In this document: one piece after another, positions 11,108-21,897 of the stretch | Numbering within the stretch: the first letter of the stretch is position 1 | Layout of the letters: every line of letters begins with the position of its first letter | IMG/VR virus record: IMGVR_UViG_3300035670_011119 | Span: 11,598-75,597 of that record | Strand: one strand, 5' to 3' | Length of the DNA: 64,000 nucleotides | DNA from: a virus | Position numbers and translations under genes: made by a program | The notes under the pieces: generated by a model | What the model saw: only the letters and a program-made list of their open reading frames with translations | What the model was told of the DNA's origin: nothing | Database searches by the model: none

Positions 11108-14100
11108 ATGTCAAATTTAGACTGTAATATATTTCAGGCATCCTTTGTCCAAAAAGCTCCGGAAATTGACAAATGGAATCTACAGTTAGGCTGGCTAAAA
11201 TCTTTAATTCCAGCTTTCAATAATAAAACTAGTGGAGTTTGGCAGCCAATCGTAATATCTAGGAGTAATAGTAATTCTATAGAATATGGTAAATTATTAA
11301 GTAATCCATATAATACTGAAGATCAACGAATGGTTCCGTGCAATTGTAGTACCGGCACCGCCGTTGTAGCAAGGAATGTTCAGCAAAAAATTGCTTTATT
11401 CGGAACCTATTTGGGTAACGAACCAGAAGATGGTATTTTTTGTAATTATTGCGAAAGCATTCGTGTAGAAGATCCAAAATATAATAATTGTATTGTGTAT
11501 GTTGATTATATTCCCAGAGAGCCAGGCATAGCTCGTAAAAGACTAACATGGCCAATAGATGAGGAAGCGGCCGAATCCGACGGCGATCCTACGATTTTTC
11601 AACCTAGTTGTTGTAAAGGAGGCTGTGATACCAGAGCGCTAACAGATGATCTAACTCCAAAAATTCCTTATCTATATACTAATTATCATTATAATTTTAG
11701 AGATTTTAAGCATCATAAACAATTTCCAGCTATTATTAATCCTGGTCTTGGATATGAAAAATTTGGTACATATAATGGTAAATATGATGATATTACTGTA
11801 AATAATATGAATTTACATATAGACTGGGTTTTGGAGCCTAGAATAGGAGAAATACAACCACCTCAAAACCATGCGAATACTCATCATGATAACATGTATT
11901 CTCATAAAAAATCTTATAAAAACTATCTAATGCAGAATAAAACATGTGGTAATTTCATTTTAACAAAAGTTAATACGTCCGATCCTGGCTCAATATCAGA
12001 ATTACAATCACAAAAAATGCCTAAAATTAGTGGTATCCATTTGGGCTCTGGCATTTCCGCTCATCCGTCTATGCCGATAACAAAATTGATACCAGCGGTA
12101 GATAAATTTACAATACCGTATGGTATCAGAGATTCTACTCACTGGAATATTTTCTTAAAAGAACCATTTGATAAAGAGGGTGGTTTATGGAAATGGAATA
12201 TTAGTTCCGGAATTATAGGTTGGTATAGATATTATGACAAAGACCGAACAAATGATACCAGACCTATTCCTCAAATAGATCTATATATTAGTGACGGAGA
12301 TGTGTTCTTTGCTACTAATGATGGACCAGAACCACTCGCCATGCCGGGATCGGATAGTAATTGTTCGCCAAAGTCATGTCCATCCGGTTTAAAACTAACT
12401 AATTATACTAATTTAAGCGCATCTGGTATGACTGTTGTGCCTAGTGGATCAGAGTTTATATATATATCACAAAATTTATATGCTCAAACATATAAATATA
12501 TGAATAAAATTATGAATATATATAAAAAACAATCCTCGTCTTTAATATATAAAGATATATTATATTCTGCTGCTATTTTATCAACAGGCCCTGTGTTTGA
12601 TGATATTACAGTAGATTTATATACTACTGGTAATTATTCTCAAGAAGCAAGAGAAGAATTTGTTAATCTTATAAATACAAGACCTGAAAATACAGGCACA
12701 ATAACACTACAACAAGTTAACTCCTACTATTCCAGTGATCAGCCAAGAGATATCTATGGTAGAAATGCTGATTTGGTAATGAAACTTACTAATAAGCCTA
12801 TGCCATCATATAATGATTTAAATATTATACAAACTACAGGCGATCTAGTAAATACCTTAATTCATAAGTATGGAGGATATTTATGGTTAAATAAAGATTC
12901 AACAGGTAGCGTATCGATTAATAAAAAAGTTTATCCGAATCTTGCAATGGATATTAATTTTGAACCAGTTATCAAACATAGTGATACATTTAATGCTGCT
13001 GCACCACGTAACAGGCTAGATTGTTCATCCACTATTAGAGGAACTACTAAAGTATTTTCTTATGATCAAAAATTTAATATTAGCAATGCTACGATAAGTA
13101 GTCGTATTTTAGATCAGGGATTAGTTTATAATGCACTATGCGATACTGGGACGGGAAGACCAGTATCCACAATTACTGATGTTGCTAATACCATGAGCGT
13201 TTTTGCTAATGATCAAAGAATACACACCCAAGCTATGTGGGAGTCTCAAACAAGATTTGAAGATATTTATTCCAGATTCCCTTCTGTATCATCTACTTTG
13301 GATCCAACATTTCAAAATTTACAATTTGCCCAAGATTCGTGGGATGATGCTAATGTATACTTTTTGGCTCCAGATAGGCAATATAGACATAAAAGAACCT
13401 ACAATGCTATCATAGGACATCCGGCCATAGATCTTGTAGCATTTCATAGAGATGGTGGGTTTTACTACGACAGCTCGGCCCTTAATAAATATCCTGGTAC
13501 TGGTACTGTTGCTTTTATTAAAAATTTTCGCATAAATAATAGAAAAACATCACCATTTGTGGAATTTAAAACATATGATGTTGGATTAAAATTTTATGAT
13601 ATAGATATATATAAACTTAGAGATCCAGATAATTTATCTTGTAGCACTATGCCATTAGATCAGTCTTGTAAGTGCTGGGATTTGGATATAGTACAAAGCT
13701 ATCCATATAAATGTAATAATAATGGTCCTGTTGTTTTAGAAACACCAGACTTATACACTCCTTACTTATCAACAGCTTCCAATCCTATAAAAGCATATGG
13801 AGGATTTCCAGCTGAAAAGGTTCAAGATCTTTTGGGAGATTTTAGATTTCCAAATCATCCTGGTATTGGTTCTAATTTAAATTTTACTAATAAAGTTCTT
13901 GATCCTGTGAATAGTTTTGGTTGTAAATATACTGCTGGTATCACACTATATACTCTTACAAATACCACATGGGAAGTTAGATTGCCCGATTGGGATTTAA
14001 ATGATGCTGATGTATGGGTTTATGCTTCTGATGGAGATATTTTTAGTAATAGAAATGCTACATTATTAATTATTAATGGAATAGAAGTTCATCCTAATAC

Positions 14101-17100
14101 TCAGGTTAATCTTGGTAAAATTAGTAGAGACTTAACTATTGTAGCTAGAAATATTTTTCTAGATGCTATTTTTAGAGATAATCATCCTTCTTTATATAGT
14201 CCTAATATTTTTCCATGCTCTCGCGAAAGAGGATCAGTATCCAGTATTTTAGGTCAAGTTAGATTAACTACCGTTATATTTGGTAGAGTTCCATCACAAT
14301 CTAAAGTAGTCTTCTCTTTGCCCTCTATATCTAAAATGACCAGTATAAGTGCCGCTAAGTTTGATCCAAATAGTGGAATCATAGGAGGTGAACAAGGATC
14401 TACTCTGGAACTTAAAAATAATGGAATGTTTACTTTTGGATATGACGATAGGACATTTAATGGATCTGTTGACTATAATACTTCCCATAAAACTTATTCC
14501 GGAGTAATATCTTTAAATGAAGCATTTAGACTACAAACATTATTAGAATTATTAGATAATACTAAAAAATTAAGATTATATGTTAAATTAAATAATAGTT
14601 GGTATGAATATCAAGATCATAGAACATTTGGTTATTATAACAAAAATATTGATGAACAGTATATAGGCTGGCCATCTATATTTTCCGAAAATCATCTGAC
14701 AAATGTTGAGCAGTCTATTGGTCCTTTTATACCAGCAATTCCAAAAGTTCCTCTGGAAATGGTATATGTGTTTAACGATCTTGGTGCTCAGTCAGCAAGT
14801 ATACCTAAAGATTACTATCCATATTTATCGTTTGCTTTTTTTAGAAATACACAAGATAAGAAAACTATCTATATACCAGGATCAAGAGCCTATTTTGCAT
14901 TACTAGATAATGATAGTAAAGATACTATAAATAATGAAGATTTTATAGACTATACACACGAATCTTATTCTAGTTATATTGCACATTCGTTAAAAGTTTC
15001 TATACCAATAGAGATTAAACAAGATAATAATTCTCCCTTACAACCCAATAATATTATAGAAAAAAGTATAGTTGTTAATCCTAAACTATTTGTTAGTGGA
15101 CAAATTAATCTTCCATTAATAAATAATGTATATAATAATATTTATACAAAGTTAAAATTGTCTACTGATTTACCGGGTAGTGTCATCAATGGCTCTTTTT
15201 CTGTCACTGGGGTTAATAGTGATCAACAATTATATAGTTTGACTTCTTTTGCATCTGTTCCTGTTATAAATGCGCAAGATACCAATATTATTAGTTTATT
15301 CGGTAATACTGGCTCTATAGATATTAGCGCATTGTCTAAGTTTTCTTCTTTGTGGTCAGATAAGTATTATTTATCAAATATAGATATACTAAATAGTCCA
15401 TTTATAAGTAATGCTATTAATCAAGCATATGCTCCATATATATATGATAATCTTTTATCTCATTTAATAGCAAATAATTTGGTAAAATCACAATATAGAA
15501 TTAGTAACAGTGGAACGAGCGTACCATCTGGCACAATGATGTGGCGCGTTCAAGCTCAAGGAAACAACAGTCCTTCACCAGCTGCAACAAAAATAATTTC
15601 GACTACTGGAACCGGACTATCCTACTATATTCATAGACCATTTAGTCTTAATGATAATTTTAATTTTGATCACATAGCTAGAGTTAATGATAAATATGAT
15701 GGTTCGGCATCAAAATATAATCTATATAAAAATCAAAATGGACTTATAGATATAAATTTAGTTTCGCCATTAGTTAGTAACGAGGAAGAAGAAGAAGAAC
15801 CAGATACTTTTATCGATGCTTTAACACTATATAATAGTACAAGTAATATTAGATACCCTTTTGGTATTTTACAAATTAGCGGTCTTCATAAGCCAACATA
15901 TTTTACTCCTCCAACAGGAGTCGTTTTTGATAAAGTTCCTTTCTTTTTGGATTTGAATCCTAAGTTTTTCTTAAAGCCAGTACCGGTACCAGCTGATGAT
16001 AATATTTCTATTTATAGTAATAATTTTGCAATAAATGATCCTTATGATGTTTATGCTGGAATCAGAATAGAGTCCAGCATAGATCCTAATGCGGATATAT
16101 CAGAATGTACAAATATTATTACTCCAAATATTGGAGTGCCGCCAATATTAGATGGTGGTGGTCCTTTTGATTGGTCAAAATTTAGTAGAGCTATAACTTA
16201 TGGTAATCCTTATACAACTTATGATATTATTTGCGATATTGATAAAGGAGAACCTTGTTACAAACCTCCGCTTGGCAGCGCGGGATTGAAAACCACATCA
16301 ATAGGTAAATTTAATATCATTTCTAAATACTATAATTATAGCTATAAATATAAAAATATAAGCGAATTACCAAATGAAAATATAGAAATAGCATTTGGAA
16401 TCGATGCTGGAATATATACTAGTATAGGATCTAATAAAAGCATACCTCAGGTTGTAAGAGCCAAGTTTGAAACCTATTCGCCATTATTTCCTGATATTAA
16501 TTTATTGGGGAATACTTCTTGTATTGCTGGTCAGTCGTTTGTTCCGTTAGAAAGAAATTTACGATCTTGGGACAGTACGTTTCAATCTGAAATATCAAGT
16601 CATTTAATTGATAATCTTACTATAGATACTTGGGCAAATGAACTAATATTTAGAACACTATATGGATCAAAAGAAGATGTTGGATTTAATGATATTTCTA
16701 AAAAATCATCTCAGAATCTTATTAGTAGAACTAGTATTTTAGATAATCTTATAAATAATGCTGATAGTAGTTTACAATATTTATATGATAGTATTCCTAT
16801 GGATTATGATACTGCATCTACAGCAGAAAATATTACAATCAATGGAGCTATTAGTATTTATGGTAAGGGTACTGTTGGAGATAACATCCAGTTCTATTAT
16901 AATGATGAATTATTTAATATAAGAATAACAGAAGATGACCAGGCCGTATATGCAGAATGTAGAGAGTTGGAAGCTAAGGGGATGCTATTTGAAAAATTTA
17001 GTAGAAGCGTTTCATATTTTCTAAGAGAGGCTGGCTCTAATGCTAGCAGTATTATAGGAGACGGAACTTCTGAAAATGTTGTGGGAACCTGTAGAAGTGC

Positions 17101-19159
17101 GGGAAGTACTAGCGTTGGTGTTCAGTGTGCTTGTGGAGGAGAAAATACTTTTACTCAGCTTCTTGGACCAACATGTAATCCTGGTGCTTTATTTGTGGAG
17201 TGTCCTATAAACTGTTTAGATGTTTCTAATGATTTTTATCCACCTCCAATAGCTGGTGGATTGCCATCTTTTTCTACAGAGCCGTGTACGGCATTTCCTA
17301 TTAAAGATAAAAATTCTAATGAACATAGCGGACCAGTAGATAATGGATGGACAAGATATGGTATTAGTAATGGTTTTAATAATCCTGTCGGTGGAGAAAG
17401 TGTAGGGCTTGAGTGTGGCGCATGGGATGCTAGTTTTGGTAGAGGAACTTCCTGTTGCGGAGATGCTGATACTGGACGAGCAGTTATTAGTTATAGTATA
17501 ACAAATTGTCATTATACATTCACTATGATAGGCCGAGTATTAAATGGCATAATAGGAGGTGCGACTCTTAATTTTACAAATTCTCCGGTTGGAGGATGTT
17601 ATATTCCACAATATGATAATGTAGTAATACCGTTTAATCCTGGGATTAGTGCTCCAGCACTATGCGATTGTAATCGTCCGGATTCGGAGCCATGCTCTCT
17701 TGGAATGAGACAAGTTGATTGCGAAGCATACTCTACACAATGTGCTATTGTAGGGCCAGAAAACCCAGATCTTTATGCAGCATGTGCATTTGCTGCATAT
17801 GATCCATGCTGCAAACAATGGTGCGGCGGGGCTACTTTTCCACAAAGACAATGTTTGTGTCTCTATCAAAATGAAGAAAAACAAACAGAATATTTTACAT
17901 TTACAACCACAAGCAATCCCGGAGTTACATACGAAGTTGTAGAAACAACTAATACTGGACCTTCTGATAGCGGATACACTGCTGATTGTAATAAAATGAT
18001 AGCTACTATTGTTTATGATAATGAAATACTAAGAATTAATGTTGGTGCTAAAATTGTTAGAAATAATGTCATTTTAACTAATGGTGGTAACTGTGGAGCG
18101 AGACCCATCTCTTCTTGCCCTAAAATTAAGATAGTTTTGCCAGATGATACATATGGAGCATATCAAAACACAGATTCGTCGTGTGAAAAATGTTCTAAAA
18201 AAAGAAATATTATTGAAATTACAGAATCTCCTTCTTTTGAAACAACAACAGAAACTAAATATTGCATATTAGGTATATTTTCTTGGGTATCTCCAGTACA
18301 AAATGATATCACTTCTGGATTTTCTTGTGGAGAATTCGGATTGGCAAGTATTTGGGTATCTACTAGTGAATTTACTCCAGAATTTATGGCCAGGTCTAGC
18401 CAACCACACTATATAAGTAGTAGAATAAGAGAATGTGGTAAGCCCTTAGATAATTATCAGCTAGGAGGAACGTCTTATTCTGCATGGAGTTATTTTTTAC
18501 CATCAGCAGCTGTTGCTAGAAACTCTTTAGAAACTCCGGAAGGATCGGCTTGTGCAATAAATCCAGCATTATCTGATGTTAAGCTGGTGAGTGTGGATCC
18601 GGTTATGAGTAATGGTGAGTCAGCATCTGCTGCTATAGAAGCATGGAAAGCTAATATGGCAGAAGCATTCGCAACACAACATTTCTGTTTTAATAGCGAT
18701 AACTTTAATGAAGATGATTTAATAGAAGGACCAATTCCTGGTTCTTGCTCTCTTAATTTTGCTGGAGGTAGTTGGCCAGCATATGCTGTGAGAACTAGCA
18801 GAACCTATAAACAGGAAGGTAATAATAATGCATCCTGGGAATATGATTCCGAGGCTAGACAAACTAGTGCAAATTTTCAGGTAGCTTATGTTTCATATTC
18901 ATATAAAAGGCCAGTTAGTGTACAAGATAAATTTATAGAAGTATATTCTCCAGAGATTACTGTTGGAGAGTGCAATACTTTTTTTGGAGCTACTCCAAAA
19001 AATGCGTTATGTGCATCAACAGCATATAATATTAAAGAAATATTTAAGAGCACAGAAACTATTGATAGTAATTGCCCAACCGATCCTCAGTGCTATGATA
19101 GTACTAGAGGATGCGCTCCAAGGAACTATTGTTGTGGGACACCATACGCAAGAGGTTAG
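11108..19159 (+). CDS. Giant cysteine-rich putative virion protein (2683 aa)
   Basis: Uninterrupted 8-kb ORF starting 2 nt after the previous stop. Cys clusters occur at the N-terminus (CNC, CNYC, CCKGGC) and throughout the C-terminal ~700 aa. No catalytic motif recognised. Confidence 0.6.
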   Translation: MSNLDCNIFQASFVQKAPEIDKWNLQLGWLKSLIPAFNNKTSGVWQPIVISRSNSNSIEYGKLLSNPYNTEDQRMVPCNCSTGTAVVARNVQQKIALFGTYLGNEPEDGIFCNYCESIRVEDPKYNNCIVYVDYIPREPGIARKRLTWPIDEEAAESDGDPTIFQPSCCKGGCDTRALTDDLTPKIPYLYTNYHYNFRDFKHHKQFPAIINPGLGYEKFGTYNGKYDDITVNNMNLHIDWVLEPRIGEIQPPQNHANTHHDNMYSHKKSYKNYLMQNKTCGNFILTKVNTSDPGSISELQSQKMPKISGIHLGSGISAHPSMPITKLIPAVDKFTIPYGIRDSTHWNIFLKEPFDKEGGLWKWNISSGIIGWYRYYDKDRTNDTRPIPQIDLYISDGDVFFATNDGPEPLAMPGSDSNCSPKSCPSGLKLTNYTNLSASGMTVVPSGSEFIYISQNLYAQTYKYMNKIMNIYKKQSSSLIYKDILYSAAILSTGPVFDDITVDLYTTGNYSQEAREEFVNLINTRPENTGTITLQQVNSYYSSDQPRDIYGRNADLVMKLTNKPMPSYNDLNIIQTTGDLVNTLIHKYGGYLWLNKDSTGSVSINKKVYPNLAMDINFEPVIKHSDTFNAAAPRNRLDCSSTIRGTTKVFSYDQKFNISNATISSRILDQGLVYNALCDTGTGRPVSTITDVANTMSVFANDQRIHTQAMWESQTRFEDIYSRFPSVSSTLDPTFQNLQFAQDSWDDANVYFLAPDRQYRHKRTYNAIIGHPAIDLVAFHRDGGFYYDSSALNKYPGTGTVAFIKNFRINNRKTSPFVEFKTYDVGLKFYDIDIYKLRDPDNLSCSTMPLDQSCKCWDLDIVQSYPYKCNNNGPVVLETPDLYTPYLSTASNPIKAYGGFPAEKVQDLLGDFRFPNHPGIGSNLNFTNKVLDPVNSFGCKYTAGITLYTLTNTTWEVRLPDWDLNDADVWVYASDGDIFSNRNATLLIINGIEVHPNTQVNLGKISRDLTIVARNIFLDAIFRDNHPSLYSPNIFPCSRERGSVSSILGQVRLTTVIFGRVPSQSKVVFSLPSISKMTSISAAKFDPNSGIIGGEQGSTLELKNNGMFTFGYDDRTFNGSVDYNTSHKTYSGVISLNEAFRLQTLLELLDNTKKLRLYVKLNNSWYEYQDHRTFGYYNKNIDEQYIGWPSIFSENHLTNVEQSIGPFIPAIPKVPLEMVYVFNDLGAQSASIPKDYYPYLSFAFFRNTQDKKTIYIPGSRAYFALLDNDSKDTINNEDFIDYTHESYSSYIAHSLKVSIPIEIKQDNNSPLQPNNIIEKSIVVNPKLFVSGQINLPLINNVYNNIYTKLKLSTDLPGSVINGSFSVTGVNSDQQLYSLTSFASVPVINAQDTNIISLFGNTGSIDISALSKFSSLWSDKYYLSNIDILNSPFISNAINQAYAPYIYDNLLSHLIANNLVKSQYRISNSGTSVPSGTMMWRVQAQGNNSPSPAATKIISTTGTGLSYYIHRPFSLNDNFNFDHIARVNDKYDGSASKYNLYKNQNGLIDINLVSPLVSNEEEEEEPDTFIDALTLYNSTSNIRYPFGILQISGLHKPTYFTPPTGVVFDKVPFFLDLNPKFFLKPVPVPADDNISIYSNNFAINDPYDVYAGIRIESSIDPNADISECTNIITPNIGVPPILDGGGPFDWSKFSRAITYGNPYTTYDIICDIDKGEPCYKPPLGSAGLKTTSIGKFNIISKYYNYSYKYKNISELPNENIEIAFGIDAGIYTSIGSNKSIPQVVRAKFETYSPLFPDINLLGNTSCIAGQSFVPLERNLRSWDSTFQSEISSHLIDNLTIDTWANELIFRTLYGSKEDVGFNDISKKSSQNLISRTSILDNLINNADSSLQYLYDSIPMDYDTASTAENITINGAISIYGKGTVGDNIQFYYNDELFNIRITEDDQAVYAECRELEAKGMLFEKFSRSVSYFLREAGSNASSIIGDGTSENVVGTCRSAGSTSVGVQCACGGENTFTQLLGPTCNPGALFVECPINCLDVSNDFYPPPIAGGLPSFSTEPCTAFPIKDKNSNEHSGPVDNGWTRYGISNGFNNPVGGESVGLECGAWDASFGRGTSCCGDADTGRAVISYSITNCHYTFTMIGRVLNGIIGGATLNFTNSPVGGCYIPQYDNVVIPFNPGISAPALCDCNRPDSEPCSLGMRQVDCEAYSTQCAIVGPENPDLYAACAFAAYDPCCKQWCGGATFPQRQCLCLYQNEEKQTEYFTFTTTSNPGVTYEVVETTNTGPSDSGYTADCNKMIATIVYDNEILRINVGAKIVRNNVILTNGGNCGARPISSCPKIKIVLPDDTYGAYQNTDSSCEKCSKKRNIIEITESPSFETTTETKYCILGIFSWVSPVQNDITSGFSCGEFGLASIWVSTSEFTPEFMARSSQPHYISSRIRECGKPLDNYQLGGTSYSAWSYFLPSAAVARNSLETPEGSACAINPALSDVKLVSVDPVMSNGESASAAIEAWKANMAEAFATQHFCFNSDNFNEDDLIEGPIPGSCSLNFAGGSWPAYAVRTSRTYKQEGNNNASWEYDSEARQTSANFQVAYVSYSYKRPVSVQDKFIEVYSPEITVGECNTFFGATPKNALCASTAYNIKEIFKSTETIDSNCPTDPQCYDSTRGCAPRNYCCGTPYARG

Positions 19160-19161
19160 TT

Positions 19162-19629
19162 ATGAACATGTTTTGTGAGTTTCAAGATACTAATTTAACC
19201 TATAATAATAAAAAAATATATCAATGTAAATATTGTAATATAAAATTAACTCTAGATAATATTGATACTAGAGTTTTATGTTTTAAAAAACAAGAAGCTT
19301 TATCAGATTTTGTTAATCCGCATCTATCAAAACCAATAGATAATATAGATAGTATTGAAAGTGTTTTAGAAATAGCTAGACAACAAGCTTATGACAAAGC
19401 TAATATAGACAACTCTATATTTGCTAATTCTGGACAACCACAGCAAGATAATCTGTGTTCAAAAGAACAAATAGAATATAGAATGTCTATATGTAACAGT
19501 TGCGAATACTTTAAAGAAAACTCTTGCTTACTGTGCGGCTGCACAGTAGTAAGAGAAAGAAACTACAACAATAAGTTGGCCCAAAAGAATCAACATTGTC
19601 CAATTATGAAATGGAAAGAAATTAAATAG
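19162..19629 (+). CDS. Small Cys-cluster (zinc-binding) protein, DUF6171-like C-terminus
   Basis: Likely start is the ATG at 19162, after GAGGT. N-terminal C..CKYC..C and C-terminal RMSICNSCEY..CLLCGC..KL..CPIMKW. Confidence 0.6.
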   Translation: MNMFCEFQDTNLTYNNKKIYQCKYCNIKLTLDNIDTRVLCFKKQEALSDFVNPHLSKPIDNIDSIESVLEIARQQAYDKANIDNSIFANSGQPQQDNLCSKEQIEYRMSICNSCEYFKENSCLLCGCTVVRERNYNNKLAQKNQHCPIMKWKEIK

Positions 19630-19634
19630 TACTT

Positions 19635-19961
19635 TTACTGTTTATCCTTGCCAGTCCATTTATGCCAACCCTTATTGGGTAGATAAGCATTGTTATCATC
19701 TTTTCGTTTGGGAAATAGTGTGCCGCCCTTTTTATGTTGACCAAAAGATAATATGGCGCCACAGTCACCGCACCTTAGTTCAAAATAGTCATTGTCCTCA
19801 ACCGTACGCACAATAAATCGTATATTCTTTTTATTGCACAACTGACAGGATTCTTCTCCAAATATTTCTTGTAGAGTAGCCAATTCTTTAAACATTTCCT
19901 TTTGGCCATTAGCTTCTACTTCAAATTCTAACCTATCATTAACGCGATAATTAGCTTTCAT
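19635..19961 (-). CDS. Zinc-ribbon hypothetical phage protein
   Basis: CQLC..CGDC motif; AGGTG RBS; last gene of the - strand block. Confidence 0.6.
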   Translation of the reverse strand: MKANYRVNDRLEFEVEANGQKEMFKELATLQEIFGEESCQLCNKKNIRFIVRTVEDNDYFELRCGDCGAILSFGQHKKGGTLFPKRKDDNNAYLPNKGWHKWTGKDKQ

Positions 19962-19968
19962 ACTTCAC

Positions 19969-20652
19969 CTATTTCCAATTTTGATCGTATGTTTTAATAC
20001 TATCCGGAATACTATCAACACTTTGTTGTAGTTTAGATAGCTCCCTTATAATAGACACAGCATTATCATGAGTCAAGTTTTTAATATTATCTATAGATAG
20101 AGACATTGAGTCTATTAATTTAGCCACATTAACATTAAGTCTTTTAGCAATAACATCTATAAAACTAATTTGATTAGAAGTGATTTTACCAACACTGTCC
20201 GCGGTAACATCATCTTCAACATTTGTGGCCAATTCTTCTGCTGCCACCACTTTGCGTAGTCTTAGTCCTCTTCTTAGGGCTCGACCTTCTGCTCTAGTTT
20301 CTGCAACCGCAACCGGATGATTACGATATACCTTGTCACAGTTTCCCCAATAAACGTCGGCGGCGCCGCTTACGGACCTAAATTTAGTGTCGGCATCCTT
20401 CTTGTCTATATTTTTTAATGCATAGCTTATAGAGTGTACCACGGTTGCTCTTTTTTCATTTGATGGATCAGGAGATTGTACCACTGTGGTATCTGTTGAA
20501 GTAATAACACAATCTAGCGCTATTTCGAATATTCTTCTTAAACCATCTGTTGTGGGATTCCCGCTTATTTTTTCATCATCTGTTAACAATCCAAGCACAT
20601 AATCATTCCATTCTAAACTATTAATGCTTGGCTTTTCTGTTGACTCGCTCAT
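19969..20652 (-). CDS. Putative single-strand annealing protein (Rad52/Sak-like fold)
   Basis: Beta-beta-beta-alpha pattern ending in AVAETRAEGRALRRGL, then an acidic linker and a C-terminal ITSNQISFI helical motif of the kind found in phage SSAP tails. Confidence 0.5.
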   Translation of the reverse strand: MSESTEKPSINSLEWNDYVLGLLTDDEKISGNPTTDGLRRIFEIALDCVITSTDTTVVQSPDPSNEKRATVVHSISYALKNIDKKDADTKFRSVSGAADVYWGNCDKVYRNHPVAVAETRAEGRALRRGLRLRKVVAAEELATNVEDDVTADSVGKITSNQISFIDVIAKRLNVNVAKLIDSMSLSIDNIKNLTHDNAVSIIRELSKLQQSVDSIPDSIKTYDQNWK

Positions 20653-21455
20653 TAATTATCTCCTATTTTAATTTCTCTATGTCCTGGTTGTGGAAAGTCT
20701 TTTTGTACTTTTTGTAATATCTCTACCAATTTAGTATAGATTAACGACGCTCTGGCTCTAGAAAAATCCATCGTTTGTTTAATTCTGATTAATACTAATC
20801 CTTTTCCTAGAATCAATCCTGTTTTTTTATTATCATATCTAATATTCTTTTTTAGGGTATCTTTTCCCCATACCTCTTTAAAATGAGATGGCCCATCCAC
20901 CTCTATGGCTACATTTATACTAGGTAGAAAAAGGTCTATTTGCAACTTTGTGTTTGATAGTATTTGTTCTTTGTGAAAATCTACTTTATAGCCACCAGAT
21001 ATCAGATTATACAATAAGTATTTTTCTAATTTAGATCCGGTTTTACTACTTTGTCTAACAGCCTGATTAGCTGCTTTTAATATAAAATCTTTTTTATTAT
21101 CAGACAAACTATTCCAATTTTTTCTGGCCTTATCTTGTCTTTTTTGTTTTTCTTTTGATGACAACTCATCCCAATTTTCCATAACAGCTTGTCCTATTTT
21201 TGCCTTAGTTTCATCATCCCTTTTGGTCCCTTTGGTAGGATGCTTGTGTCTACCAGATTTTAAAGCTGTTTTTTGAGCTACGCTTTTATCTCTCAAATTT
21301 ATTCCATATTTAACAGCATCTCGTCTAATTTTATTAGCATATGTTGATAGTTTTTGTGCAATTATAGCTAGGCTTTCTTTGTTATCGACATATAACTTAT
21401 TTATTATACTCTTTTTTTCCGTTTCTGATAAACTATCATAATTTTTGTATAACAT
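20652..21455 (-). CDS. Free-standing homing-endonuclease-like protein (NUMOD-like basic region + Vsr/DUF559 nuclease)
   Basis: HPTKGTKRDDETKAKIG (NUMOD3-like), followed by SKLE..QIDLFLP..AIEVDGPSH..YDNKK..LIRI. Confidence 0.7.
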   Translation of the reverse strand: MLYKNYDSLSETEKKSIINKLYVDNKESLAIIAQKLSTYANKIRRDAVKYGINLRDKSVAQKTALKSGRHKHPTKGTKRDDETKAKIGQAVMENWDELSSKEKQKRQDKARKNWNSLSDNKKDFILKAANQAVRQSSKTGSKLEKYLLYNLISGGYKVDFHKEQILSNTKLQIDLFLPSINVAIEVDGPSHFKEVWGKDTLKKNIRYDNKKTGLILGKGLVLIRIKQTMDFSRARASLIYTKLVEILQKVQKDFPQPGHREIKIGDN

Positions 21456-21897
21456 TTTTACAACCTTCTAAACTAAAACCGTCTACCATATTTGAGATAG
21501 GTTCTTTAAAGCACATCTTATATAGATCATAGTTTTTTTGGTCTAATGTTACAATATGCACATTTGACTCTAATAGATTTTGCCATAGTGTTGTTGGAGT
21601 ATGTTTATTTTGCCAAATAATATCACTGGCTATAAATACTTTATGTGATGGTCCTGGAAATTGACTAATTACAGACAAAGAATCAGGATCAAAACAAAAT
21701 AAAATTCCATAAAAATATCTAGCATTAACAGATGGTAACAAGCAAAACTTGCGATTGTTATCTGTTTGTTGATATATTGTATTAAACATAATAGTATTAT
21801 CTGCTTGATCCGTTAAACCATTAAGCACTTGAGTGATAGTCAAGTGTTGAGGAATATTAGAAATATGTGGACAATAAAAGCCTATTTGTTGGATCAT
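21436..21897 (-). CDS. Hypothetical protein, possibly a remnant GT-B N-terminal domain
   Basis: Likely start MIQQIGFY at 21897, which forms an ATGA overlap with the upstream stop. Alpha/beta pattern; sits in the GT cluster. Confidence 0.45.
   Translation of the reverse strand: MIQQIGFYCPHISNIPQHLTITQVLNGLTDQADNTIMFNTIYQQTDNNRKFCLLPSVNARYFYGILFCFDPDSLSVISQFPGPSHKVFIASDIIWQNKHTPTTLWQNLLESNVHIVTLDQKNYDLYKMCFKEPISNMVDGFSLEGCKNVIQKL

Noticed and set aside
15782-15799. GAG(GAA)5 run encoding poly-Glu
   Set aside because: It is a short in-frame triplet repeat in a linker and cannot cause phase variation.
19630-19634. Bidirectional terminator at the convergent strand switch
   Set aside because: Only 5 bp separate the two stop codons and I saw no hairpin.
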